The position numbers and the translations under genes were made by a program. 64,000 nt of DNA from an uncultured Acidimicrobiales bacterium (GTDB lineage: Bacteria > Actinomycetota > Acidimicrobiia > Acidimicrobiales > VFJN01), in assembly GCA_963842395.1 (NCBI GenBank), contig CAWJGJ010000002.1:114978-178977 (forward strand). Direction: 5' to 3'. Positions 8,405 to 16,514 of the stretch are shown piece after piece (the stretch's first letter is position 1; each line of letters begins with the position of its first letter). The notes beneath the pieces are model-generated. The model ran no database searches and was not told the DNA's origin. It saw only the letters and a list, made by a program, of their open reading frames with translations.

Positions 8405-10601
8405 CTGCGACGCTCCGGCGTGACCGCACGAGTGCGGTGACGGACAGGCCGAACAGGGCGAGAGTCGGGATGGCCATGAGCCACAGCCGAGCGGCGCTCT
8501 CCGGGTTCTCGTAGTCATCCATGAGATAGAGGAGCTCGGCGATCAACAACATCAACGGGGTGGCGGCCACCGTGACGAGGAGCCAGCCCCCGACCTGCGG
8601 AGCGAGGAACCGCAGGCCGGCGTAGACCAGCGCAACGATGGCGACGCACGCCAGCAGGTACCAGAAGTCCGTCGCGCCGTTCGTGCCGAACAGGCCCCCG
8701 TACGGCTCGTCGTAGAGCGTGTAGAAGTCCACGTCCAGCGACAGGACGACGAGGAAGGACACGGCGATCGTTCCGACCTCGAGGCGTCTCGGCAACCAGC
8801 TCCCTCGACGCCAGGCACCGGCCCTGAGCAGCGCCAGGCCCGTCAGGCCCGAGAGCATCACGAGCCCGGCGGTCACCGTGGACCAGCCGTTGTCCTCCAG
8901 CAGCCATCCGTAGCCCGCGTGGCGCGTGGCAGCGCCGTCGCCGAGGACGAACAGGGACCACGGCACCGCGATGCCGAAGACGCAGGCCATGCTGCGCACG
9001 GCCCCGAGCGACGAGAGACGGCGCAGCCCGAGCATCGCCAGGGAGACGGCGCCGACGGTCACCAGTGCGATGCCACTCACCACCTCCGGCAGGAGCGGCC
9101 CGCCGGTGGCCTGGCGCCGCAGCGTGATGTTCTCACCGGTCTCGTACTCGATCGCGTCGATGAGACCGCCGTACGACACCACGACCGCGAGGCCGACGAT
9201 CAGGCTGGCGAGGGCCACGCCGGCGGCCCACCAACGGCGATCACGCCAGCGGGACGGGCCATCGCCGCTCGGCCCCTCCCCTGGCTCGGCGACAGCCGGC
9301 TCCGCCTCGGTCGGCGGCGGAGGCACAGCCGCCTCGGCCTCGATCGGCGGTGGCAAGGGCCGAGCTGCGGCCGGTTCCGCCTCCGCTGGCTCAGCTATGG
9401 CCGGCTCCGCTACGGCCGGTTCCGCCCCGGTGGGCTCAGCTACGGCCGGTTCCGCCTCGGTCGGCGGTGGCGACGGCGCCACCGAGCGCTCCTGGCGCGG
9501 GCTCGGCGGGGGTGAGGCCTCGCGCGGGTCGGCCACCTCGGCCGGGCGCCCGACCGGCGCGCGGACGCGCACGCTCACCCTGATCGTCTTGAGCGCCCCG
9601 CCGGCCTCGCGCACGTGGACGTTGGCCCGGTTGGGCCCGGGGCGCGGATGCAGGTGGAGCACGACGGCCCCGCCCTCGGCCACCGGTTCGACCCAGCCGG
9701 CCGTCGTCTCGACGGTCCAGTCGAGCGTTCCGCCCCCGCGGTTGATGACGGCGATGCGCTCGGGCGGCAGGTGCTCGTCGCTGCCGACCTCCCCGAGGTG
9801 GATCGCCGTCTCCGAGAGGTCGAGGACAGGTGTGGACTCCACCGGATCGACGACGTCGACGGGCGGGCGCTCGGCCTGGGTCACGGCCCGACGGGCCAGG
9901 GCGACGTCACCGTCGCCCTCGAAGCGCTTCTGGGGCACCTGACGCCCCTCGTTGGCGAGCGCCGTGCGCACATAGTCGTACAGCTCGCTCAGCGTGACGA
10001 TGCCGTCGTCGTCGTGGTCGACGGCGCCGCTCACGATGCCCTCGGCCAGGTGATGGGTGAACAGGCTGGCGTGATTGCGGACGTCGGCGTCGTTGGCCAG
10101 CTCACCTGGACGGCAGCTCGTCACGACGAACCGCCCCCGCCCCGACAGGGCCGCAGGGATGTCGCCACCCTTGAACCGGCCGCTGTGGCAGCAGTCCAGC
10201 ACGACGACCATCGTCCCCGCGGACGATGCATCCATCATGCCCCGAAGGTCCGATGCCTTGACCGCTGTCGACCTCAGGCGGTCCGAGCGTGTGTCGCGCG
10301 TGCACAGGAACAGCTCGCCGGACTGATCGAGCAGCCCGTGGCCGCTGTAGTAGATCAGCAGGGTGTCCCGACGCGTCGCGCTGACCAGGAGATCCTCTGC
10401 CTCGCTCAAGACCTCGGCCATCGTCCGCTCGGTCACCAGCCGCACGTTGTCCGGGGCGAACAGCCCGACCTCGCGTTCGCACAGCGCATCACGCAACAGC
10501 GCCGGATCGTTCCGCGGTCCCTCGAGATCGGGCAGGTTGAAGGCGTCCGCGGGGAACGTCGAGTTGGCGATCAGGACGGCTCGATAGGTCTGGGCCGTCA
10601 T
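8394..10601 (-). CDS. Caspase-family (peptidase C14) protease fused to EF-hand-like loop, beta-rich domain, Pro/Ala/Glu repeat linker and C-terminal 8-TM domain
   Basis: His/Cys dyad context YYSGHG and VVVLDCCHSG. Acidic loop DHDDDGIVTLSELYDY. Eight hydrophobic helices in the last ~275 aa. ATG 10601-10599 overlaps the TGA (10600-10598) of the upstream ORF. Confidence 0.85.
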   Translation of the reverse strand: MTAQTYRAVLIANSTFPADAFNLPDLEGPRNDPALLRDALCEREVGLFAPDNVRLVTERTMAEVLSEAEDLLVSATRRDTLLIYYSGHGLLDQSGELFLCTRDTRSDRLRSTAVKASDLRGMMDASSAGTMVVVLDCCHSGRFKGGDIPAALSGRGRFVVTSCRPGELANDADVRNHASLFTHHLAEGIVSGAVDHDDDGIVTLSELYDYVRTALANEGRQVPQKRFEGDGDVALARRAVTQAERPPVDVVDPVESTPVLDLSETAIHLGEVGSDEHLPPERIAVINRGGGTLDWTVETTAGWVEPVAEGGAVVLHLHPRPGPNRANVHVREAGGALKTIRVSVRVRAPVGRPAEVADPREASPPPSPRQERSVAPSPPPTEAEPAVAEPTGAEPAVAEPAIAEPAEAEPAAARPLPPPIEAEAAVPPPPTEAEPAVAEPGEGPSGDGPSRWRDRRWWAAGVALASLIVGLAVVVSYGGLIDAIEYETGENITLRRQATGGPLLPEVVSGIALVTVGAVSLAMLGLRRLSSLGAVRSMACVFGIAVPWSLFVLGDGAATRHAGYGWLLEDNGWSTVTAGLVMLSGLTGLALLRAGAWRRGSWLPRRLEVGTIAVSFLVVLSLDVDFYTLYDEPYGGLFGTNGATDFWYLLACVAIVALVYAGLRFLAPQVGGWLLVTVAATPLMLLIAELLYLMDDYENPESAARLWLMAIPTLALFGLSVTALVRSRRSVAASG
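9283..9472. repeat. Intragenic tandem/nested repeats (15-nt units plus a ~40-nt duplicated block) encoding AEPAV-type pentapeptides
   Basis: Units ggctcagctatggcc / ggctccgctacggcc / ggttccgccccggtg / ggctcagctacggcc / ggttccgcctcggtc. Block at 9283-9322 is repeated at about 9433-9472. Protein reads TEAEPAVAEPTGAEPAVAEPAIAEPAEAEP ... TEAEPAVAEP. Confidence 0.7.
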
Positions 10602-10984
10602 GGCCCAGCCGGCAGCTTCTGCGTCACCGTCGCCAGGAGGTCGTCGAAACGGGCGCTGTCGACCGCCGAACCGGACAGCTCGATCGACTCGACCGCACCG
10701 GAGTCGGCGGACCACGACACCTTGAGCGAGCGGGTGCGGTCGCGGCTCAGCCACGAGCGCGCCAGCTCGATCATCGCGGTCAGCCCCCCGGCGGAGACGA
10801 GCGGGATCACGATCGAATCGATGGCACCCTTGGCGCCCGGCTCCGGCGCTCGTCGCATCGCCACGCCGCCGACCCCGGCCTGCAGTTCGCCGACGAGTCC
10901 ACCGACCTGGTCCAGCCAGCGATCGTCCTGCATGTCGAAGCGCCCGCTCGCCGGTTCGAGCCGAAGCTCGACCTGCCCATCCAT
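10598..10984 (-). CDS. Small EACC1-like protein (effector-associated constant component), partner of the caspase gene
   Basis: 128 aa. AGGAGG 6 nt upstream of ATG 10984. ATGA overlap with the caspase start. Layout is a short N-terminal beta segment (VELRLEPASG), a hydrophobic core (IDSIVIPLVSAGGLTAMIELARSWL) and a C-terminal SLKVSWSADSGAVESIELSG. This matches my memory of EACC1 proteins but has not been checked with an HMM. Confidence 0.6.
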   Translation of the reverse strand: MDGQVELRLEPASGRFDMQDDRWLDQVGGLVGELQAGVGGVAMRRAPEPGAKGAIDSIVIPLVSAGGLTAMIELARSWLSRDRTRSLKVSWSADSGAVESIELSGSAVDSARFDDLLATVTQKLPAGP

Positions 10985-11111
10985 CGCGACCTCCTGGCCG
11001 CCGACGACGCCTGCCAGCGCCGTCGCCAGCCGGAAGTGTATTTCCCATTGCCGGCCAGCGGTAGGAATCGAATCCCTAGCGCCGCCCGGTCGCGGCTCGA
11101 CCCGGGTGGCG

Positions 11112-13565
11112 CTAGCCGTTGACGCGGGCGGCGAAGGCGCCCGAATGGAAGACGCTCCCTGCCAGGAACACGTCCGGGCCGGACGCGGCGAATGCGGTCA
11201 CCCAGGCCTCCTCGTCCTCGACCCGGAGCGTGCCCTCGGCGAGGCCGTCGCCGCTGAACGCCGGATCGGGTCGCCCTGACGGCAGGAGCCGGTAGACGAG
11301 CAGCGTCGGGTCGGGCTGCCTCGACATCTGGCGCACCACCGTCACCGCCCCGTCGGCGTGCGCCAGCACGCCCCGGTCGTCGAACGTGCCGGCATCGCGC
11401 GGGGTCGCGAGCGGGGTCAGCCCGGCCGTCCCGAAGGTCGTGTCGAGTCCGAGGGCCGCATCGAACCGGGCGACGAGCGGGCCGGTCGCGCCCCCGGGCA
11501 CGGCCCCGTTGCCGTACACCACCACCCGGCCGGTGCCGTCGACGGCGAGGTCCGACGGGGTGAGCGTGGCGCCGCCCGGCAGCGGGCCCCAGGCCGACAC
11601 CGTCCCGTCTGCCGCCACGCGCCGGACCTGTCCGTTGGCCAGCACGTAGGCGTCACCCGCAGGACCCACCCCGAGGGACCCGATCGAGATCGATGGCACA
11701 AAGCCGGTGACCGTGCCGAGCGTCGTGGTGCCGGCGGTCGCTCCGGACGGCGTCAGTGCCACGATCCGATCCGTGAAGGTGGCCGGAACGAACTGCCGCG
11801 GGGGGATGACCCGGGCGGGCACCACGTCGAGGACCGCCAGCAGCACGGTGCCGTCGGGTCGTACCGCGATCGACAAGGGCGCGCTCAGCCCTGAGGTGCC
11901 GGCTGCGACGCCGTCGTCGCCGAAGGAGGGGTCGACCGCGCCGTCGGCGTCGAGCTTGACCACGGCCCAGTCGAACGGGCCACCACCGAACTCCTCGAGA
12001 TGGCCTGCACCCGACTTGACGAGGATGTAGCCGGAGCCGTCACCGGCCGCGGCGACGTCGATGACGCTGTTCGCACCGCGCAGGCGCTCGGGGAGCAGAA
12101 CTGCCGGCGGGTGGTCGGTGTCGGGTTCGCCGCCGGCGTCGTAGCGGCCGGCGATCACCCCGTCGCCGGTGTCTCCGGCGACCAGCAGATCACCGCCGGG
12201 CAGAGCCGCCACGGCGACGAACCTCTCGCTCGACTCGCTCCCGATGTCGGTGCGGGCCCACCCGTCGTCGCCGAAGGTCGGGTCGGCGTCGCCGGCCGGC
12301 GTCAGGGCGAGCAGGTACTGGTCGCCCGGGTCGGCGAAGGTCCGGCGGGTGTCGCCGGCGACCAGCACCCCGCCTGGCCTCGCGAAGAGGCCGGCGGCGA
12401 TGGTCGGAGTGGCGAGCTCGGCATGGGTGGCGATCCCGCCGTCGCCCCAACCGGGGTCGAGCGAGCCGTCGGCGGCGAGTGCTGCCGTCACGAAGTCGCC
12501 GGTCGTCCGGTCCTTCCCCGCCACGATGACCCGTCCGCCGGCGTCGTCGACCAACACCTCGGTCGTCTCGAAGATCAGCTCCCCGAGGCTCGCCACGCCC
12601 CCGCTGCCGAACGAGGGGTCGAGGGCGAAGGCGGGCGTGACGCGCAGGACATACCTGGTGGGCGTGCCGAACAAGTCGCTCACCGTGAGGACGACGGACC
12701 CGTCCTCGCCGACGTCCATGTCGTCGACATCCCTGAGGGGCGTGGGGGTGCCGGCCGTCGCCAGGTCGAGGCGGGCAAGGACGTCGCCTGTCGGGGAGAT
12801 CCGCAGCACCCCGGCCGCCGTGTCCTGGGACCAGTTCCTGGAGGCGTACGACACGACGACGGCGCCGTCGGGCGCGATGCCGATCGCTCCACTGTCGCCG
12901 CCGCCCGAGATGTGCAGGATCCCGGTGCCGTCCGGGCCGAACGCCGGATCGAGCGTGCCGTCGGGGCCGAGGCCGAGCACGACCGTGTCGATGGCTCCCT
13001 CGGTCCCCTCGAACGCCCACGCCAGCAGGTAGGTGCGTTCGCCGGCGGTGGCGACGCCGAGCGTCCAGTTCTGGCCGCTGGCCCCGGCGACGTCGAGCAC
13101 GGCGACGCCATCGACGCCGAACCCCGGGTCCGGCGTGCCGTCCGGCAGGAGGCGGGCGACGCCCCATACGCCCTGTTGCCACCGGCCGGGCACGAGGACT
13201 GCGCCGTCGGAGGCCACCGCGATGTCACCCATCGCATCGACGGCCACGGTCGCGACGCCGTCGTCGCCGAAGGACCGGTCGAGCGTGCCGTCCGGCAGGT
13301 ACCGGGTGACCACCGGGAACCCGGACGTGACGACGCCGAGGGCCACGACCCGCCCGTCCGGAAGGCGGGCGGCGGAGGTCAGCGTGTCGTTGGTGCGGAT
13401 GCGCAGCCCACCGAACACAGCCCCGCCGTCGCCTCCCCCGAATCCGGGGTCGAGCTCACCCGTGGCGGTCCCCACCTCGAAGTCGCAGGCGGCCGCCAGC
13501 AGCGCCAGCGCGACCACCCCGGCGAGCATGCGCCCGCCCCGCAAGAAGGAAAACCTCGCGGTCAT
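11112..13565 (-). CDS. Exported lipoprotein with multiple delta-60-type repeats (predicted beta-propeller)
   Basis: Signal plus lipobox MTARFSFLRGGRMLAGVVALALLAAAC. At least 10 copies of the motif (L/P)D(P/T)xFGxxG(V/I)A, e.g. LDRSFGDDGVATV, PDPGFGVDGVAVL, LDPSFGSGGVASL, VDPSFGDDGVAAG. ATG 13565-13563 with GGGGGA RBS. The upstream part of ORF 11112..14900 is Arg-rich noise overlapping the MFS gene. Confidence 0.8.
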   Translation of the reverse strand: MTARFSFLRGGRMLAGVVALALLAAACDFEVGTATGELDPGFGGGDGGAVFGGLRIRTNDTLTSAARLPDGRVVALGVVTSGFPVVTRYLPDGTLDRSFGDDGVATVAVDAMGDIAVASDGAVLVPGRWQQGVWGVARLLPDGTPDPGFGVDGVAVLDVAGASGQNWTLGVATAGERTYLLAWAFEGTEGAIDTVVLGLGPDGTLDPAFGPDGTGILHISGGGDSGAIGIAPDGAVVVSYASRNWSQDTAAGVLRISPTGDVLARLDLATAGTPTPLRDVDDMDVGEDGSVVLTVSDLFGTPTRYVLRVTPAFALDPSFGSGGVASLGELIFETTEVLVDDAGGRVIVAGKDRTTGDFVTAALAADGSLDPGWGDGGIATHAELATPTIAAGLFARPGGVLVAGDTRRTFADPGDQYLLALTPAGDADPTFGDDGWARTDIGSESSERFVAVAALPGGDLLVAGDTGDGVIAGRYDAGGEPDTDHPPAVLLPERLRGANSVIDVAAAGDGSGYILVKSGAGHLEEFGGGPFDWAVVKLDADGAVDPSFGDDGVAAGTSGLSAPLSIAVRPDGTVLLAVLDVVPARVIPPRQFVPATFTDRIVALTPSGATAGTTTLGTVTGFVPSISIGSLGVGPAGDAYVLANGQVRRVAADGTVSAWGPLPGGATLTPSDLAVDGTGRVVVYGNGAVPGGATGPLVARFDAALGLDTTFGTAGLTPLATPRDAGTFDDRGVLAHADGAVTVVRQMSRQPDPTLLVYRLLPSGRPDPAFSGDGLAEGTLRVEDEEAWVTAFAASGPDVFLAGSVFHSGAFAARVNG

Positions 13566-13660
13566 GATGTCCCCCACGGCCGGTAGCTGTCCCCGCACGT
13601 ACCGACCAGAGGCTACCCGTTGAATACGCCAGCGTCCGGGCGGCCTTTCGGCGCTCGACG

Positions 13661-14950
13661 TCACATCGACGTCGAGACGGCGCCCTCCTCGTCGACAGTC
13701 GCGGTGGGGCTCGCGGCGACCCGCTGCCGCCCGGCGATCCCGTACAGGGGCGCGGCGGCGGCCAGCACCACGCCGGCCGCCGCCAGCGCCCACGGGGTGC
13801 CGGCCCGGTCGGCGAGGACGCCGAGTGAGAGGGCCGCGACGACCCCGCCGGCCCGGCTGGCCAGGCTGCCGGCGGAGAGCACGGTCGTGCGGTGGTCCGC
13901 GTCGACGGCCCGGTGCACGAGGCCGTAGTGCACGACGTTGGCGGTGCCGTGGACCAGGTAGAAGCCGAGGTAGCCCGCGACCACCGCCGCGGGCCCGCCG
14001 ACGACCGCCATGGCCAGTGCGGCGGCGCCCTGGACGATCCGCAGCCAGAAGCCGACCCGCACGGCCGATCCGCCGGCGAGCCGGGTCGCCCGCGCGGTGA
14101 GCGCGGCGCCGACGGCGGAGATCGTCCACCCGGCGGCCGAGGCGAGGGCGAAGGTGGCCACGCCCTCGGTGGCGCTGCCCACCAGGTCGACCAGCCGCGG
14201 GGCCGAGAACAGCTCCACGGCGACCAGGCCGGCGCCCCACGACAGCTCGACGGCGGTGAGCGCCAGCAGCACGGGCGACCCCGCGATGAGGCCGACCGTA
14301 CGGGCCACGACCCGGGGGGCGTCGGCGGCGGCGGAGGCCAGCGTGACCGGCTGGCCGTTCTCGGCCCTGCGCCGCGGCTCGGGCAGGCCCAGGGTCAGCG
14401 CCGCCAAGTCGACGGCGCGCAGCGCCAGGGCGACGAGGACGGGAACGAGGAGCGCGTCGAAGCCCGCCGGCGGCCAGCGGGTGAGCGCCGCGGCCAGCAG
14501 GCTCCCGCTGGCGATGGCGACACCGATGGCCGTGCCGGCGCGGGCGAGGCCGGCCTCGATGTCGGCCCCGGGATCGGCGGCCAGGCTGGCGTCGACGAAC
14601 CACGAGTCGAGCGGGCCGGACTCCAGCGCCCGGTAGACGCCCTGCACAGCGGCGGCGACCATGAAGGCTTCCGGCGAGTGGGCGAGGGCCACCAGTCCCA
14701 CCGAGACCAGGTCGAGCACGGTCGCCGCCACCAGGACGGGTCGCCGGCCGAGGGTGTCGGCCAGACCGCCAGTCGGCAGCTCCAGGGCCAGGACCACCAC
14801 GCCCTGGGTGGCCGCCACCAGCCCGACCTGGGCCAACGACAGGCCCCGGGACAGCATGAGCACCACGAGGACCGGGATGAGCACGCCGGTGGGCAGCCAC
14901 CGCAGCGCCGTGAGCACCACGAACCGCCGCCCGATGGCGGCCGCGGTCAC
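13661..14950 (-). CDS. MFS transporter
   Basis: 12-TM-like hydrophobic pattern with the MFS loop motif GGLADTLGRRPVL. 4-nt overlap with the upstream ArsR gene. Confidence 0.9.
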   Translation of the reverse strand: MTAAAIGRRFVVLTALRWLPTGVLIPVLVVLMLSRGLSLAQVGLVAATQGVVVLALELPTGGLADTLGRRPVLVAATVLDLVSVGLVALAHSPEAFMVAAAVQGVYRALESGPLDSWFVDASLAADPGADIEAGLARAGTAIGVAIASGSLLAAALTRWPPAGFDALLVPVLVALALRAVDLAALTLGLPEPRRRAENGQPVTLASAAADAPRVVARTVGLIAGSPVLLALTAVELSWGAGLVAVELFSAPRLVDLVGSATEGVATFALASAAGWTISAVGAALTARATRLAGGSAVRVGFWLRIVQGAAALAMAVVGGPAAVVAGYLGFYLVHGTANVVHYGLVHRAVDADHRTTVLSAGSLASRAGGVVAALSLGVLADRAGTPWALAAAGVVLAAAAPLYGIAGRQRVAASPTATVDEEGAVSTSM

Positions 14951-15576
14951 GGCCGGCCTCCCGCCCCGGCCTCCTCGGGCTCGTCCGGCTCGTCCGGTTC
15001 CTGAGGCAACGCGTACAGCAGGATCTCGACGGGCCGGGCCCGGCCGGCGGCGTCGACGTCGCCGGCGAGCGCGGCGACGGCCTGTTCGCGATGGCGGAGG
15101 ATCGCCGCGTGGAGCTCGTCCATCATCGCCTTGGACTGCTCGGGCGTCATCACGATCCGGTAGTCACTCTGGTCGGCGACGGCCAGCCAGGCGGCCTCGG
15201 TCTCGGGACGCCGCGCCACCCAGTCGTCGATCAGGCCGACGGCGTGGCGTCCGAGGGCGCCGGTCATCCAGTCCTCGGCGGCCCGCACGTCGGGGTCGGC
15301 CTGGAACTGGCCGGGTGTCCAGGAGGTCATGTCGTGCCCCGCCCGCCACCATCGCTCGCGGCCCCGGCCACCGTGGGCCGCGGTGTCGTCGACGACGAAG
15401 CCGTGGGCGGCCAGCACGCGCAGGTGGTAGCTGGTGGCCCCGGAGCTCTCCCCCAGCCTCTCCCCCAGCCGGGTGGCGGTGGCCGGGCCCCGGCGGCGCA
15501 GCTCACCCAGGAGCCGCATCCGCAGCGGGTGGGCCAGCGCCTTCAACGACGGGCCGTCGAGGGTCTTCACGTCCAT
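14947..15576 (-). CDS. ArsR-family winged-HTH transcriptional regulator (long form)
   Basis: LKALAHPLRMRLLGELRRRGPATATRLGERLGESSGATSYHLRVLAAHGFV. ATG at 15576 (the ORF track starts at TTG 15582). Stop overlaps the MFS start. Confidence 0.85.
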   Translation of the reverse strand: MDVKTLDGPSLKALAHPLRMRLLGELRRRGPATATRLGERLGESSGATSYHLRVLAAHGFVVDDTAAHGGRGRERWWRAGHDMTSWTPGQFQADPDVRAAEDWMTGALGRHAVGLIDDWVARRPETEAAWLAVADQSDYRIVMTPEQSKAMMDELHAAILRHREQAVAALAGDVDAAGRARPVEILLYALPQEPDEPDEPEEAGAGGRP

Positions 15577-15577
15577 G

Positions 15578-15633
15578 TGCAAAGATTACTTGCATAACTT
15601 CTTTGCAACAACTCTTTGCATGAACCGGTTGCA
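15578..15633. promoter_or_regulatory. AT-rich promoter/operator region with 13-bp-periodic TTGCA repeats
   Basis: TGCAA at 15578-15582. TTGCA at 15590, 15603, 15616 and 15629, an exact 13-bp spacing. Minus-strand TAATCT (15588-15583) lies 6 nt upstream of ATG 15576, consistent with a leaderless transcript. Confidence 0.45.
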
Positions 15634-15658
15634 TCGAGACCGCGGCCGTGCCGGCCGG

Positions 15659-16513
15659 CTACGCGAAGCGCTCGAGCACGGCGAGGGCGGCCGCGCCGTA
15701 GCGGCCGCCGAACATCACCGTGTGGGTGAGCAGGGGTTCGAGCTGCCACAGGGCGAGGCGGTCGCGCCAGCCGTCGGCGAGGGGGAACGCCTCGTCGTAG
15801 GCGGCGGCGACCGCCGGGCCAGGGGCGCCGAACAGGTGCAGCATCGCCAGGTCGGCCTCCCGGTGGCCCCCGTACGCGGCGGGGTCGACGAGCCACGGCT
15901 CGCCCCGGCGGTCGACGTGCACGTTGCCGGACCAGAGATCGCCGTGCAGTCGCGCGGGCGCCTCCGGCGGCCCCGCCCGCGCCGGCAGGCGGGCGCCGAG
16001 CCGGTCCACCAGCGCCGCCGCCCGGCCGGCGAGCGCCCCGCGATCGACGGCCTGCGCCACGAGTGGCTCGATCCGGTGGGTGACCCAGAACGTGCACCAG
16101 TCGCCGGCACCCGGGGTGTTGCGCTGGGCGAGCGTCCCGATGAAGCCGTCGCGGTGCCAGCCGAATCCCGGGGCGCCGGCGGCGTGCAGGCTGGCGAGGC
16201 TGCGGCCGAGCTGCTCGTCGGTGGCGCCGCCGGCGGGTCCCGGCTCGATCCAGGCGAGCACCAGCACGTCGGCCGTCGCCGCCACGACGCCGGGCACGCG
16301 GGCGCCGTCGACCTCGCCCAGCCACCGCAACCCGGCCGCCTCGACCTCGAGCAGCCCCGCCGGCAGCCCGGCCGCCGCCTTGGCGAACACCGTGCGGCCG
16401 TCGGCCAGCGCGACCCGCCCCGCCTCGCTGATGCAGCCGCCGCCCACCGGTGTCACGGCCCGCACCTCCACACTGAGCGCCCGGGCCACCGCGGGGGCGA
16501 GGGCCTCGCCCAC
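15659..16513 (-). CDS. Fructosamine/ketosamine-3-kinase family protein
   Basis: VTPVGGGCISEA, LHGDLWSGNV, LVDPAAYGGHREADLAM. GTG 16513 lies 1 nt after the phosphatase stop. Confidence 0.85.
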   Translation of the reverse strand: MGEALAPAVARALSVEVRAVTPVGGGCISEAGRVALADGRTVFAKAAAGLPAGLLEVEAAGLRWLGEVDGARVPGVVAATADVLVLAWIEPGPAGGATDEQLGRSLASLHAAGAPGFGWHRDGFIGTLAQRNTPGAGDWCTFWVTHRIEPLVAQAVDRGALAGRAAALVDRLGARLPARAGPPEAPARLHGDLWSGNVHVDRRGEPWLVDPAAYGGHREADLAMLHLFGAPGPAVAAAYDEAFPLADGWRDRLALWQLEPLLTHTVMFGGRYGAAALAVLERFA

Positions 16514-16514
16514 G

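Noticed and set aside
9283-9472. Possible CRISPR-like or minisatellite array.
   Set aside because: The units are 15 nt with no spacers. They stay in frame inside a coding region and encode a Pro/Ala/Glu linker. This is not a CRISPR array.
13566-14900. N-terminal 445 codons of the 1262-aa ORF 11112..14900.
   Set aside because: This stretch is an Arg-rich nonsense translation overlapping the MFS transporter gene in another frame. The lipoprotein has its own RBS, ATG (13565) and signal peptide.
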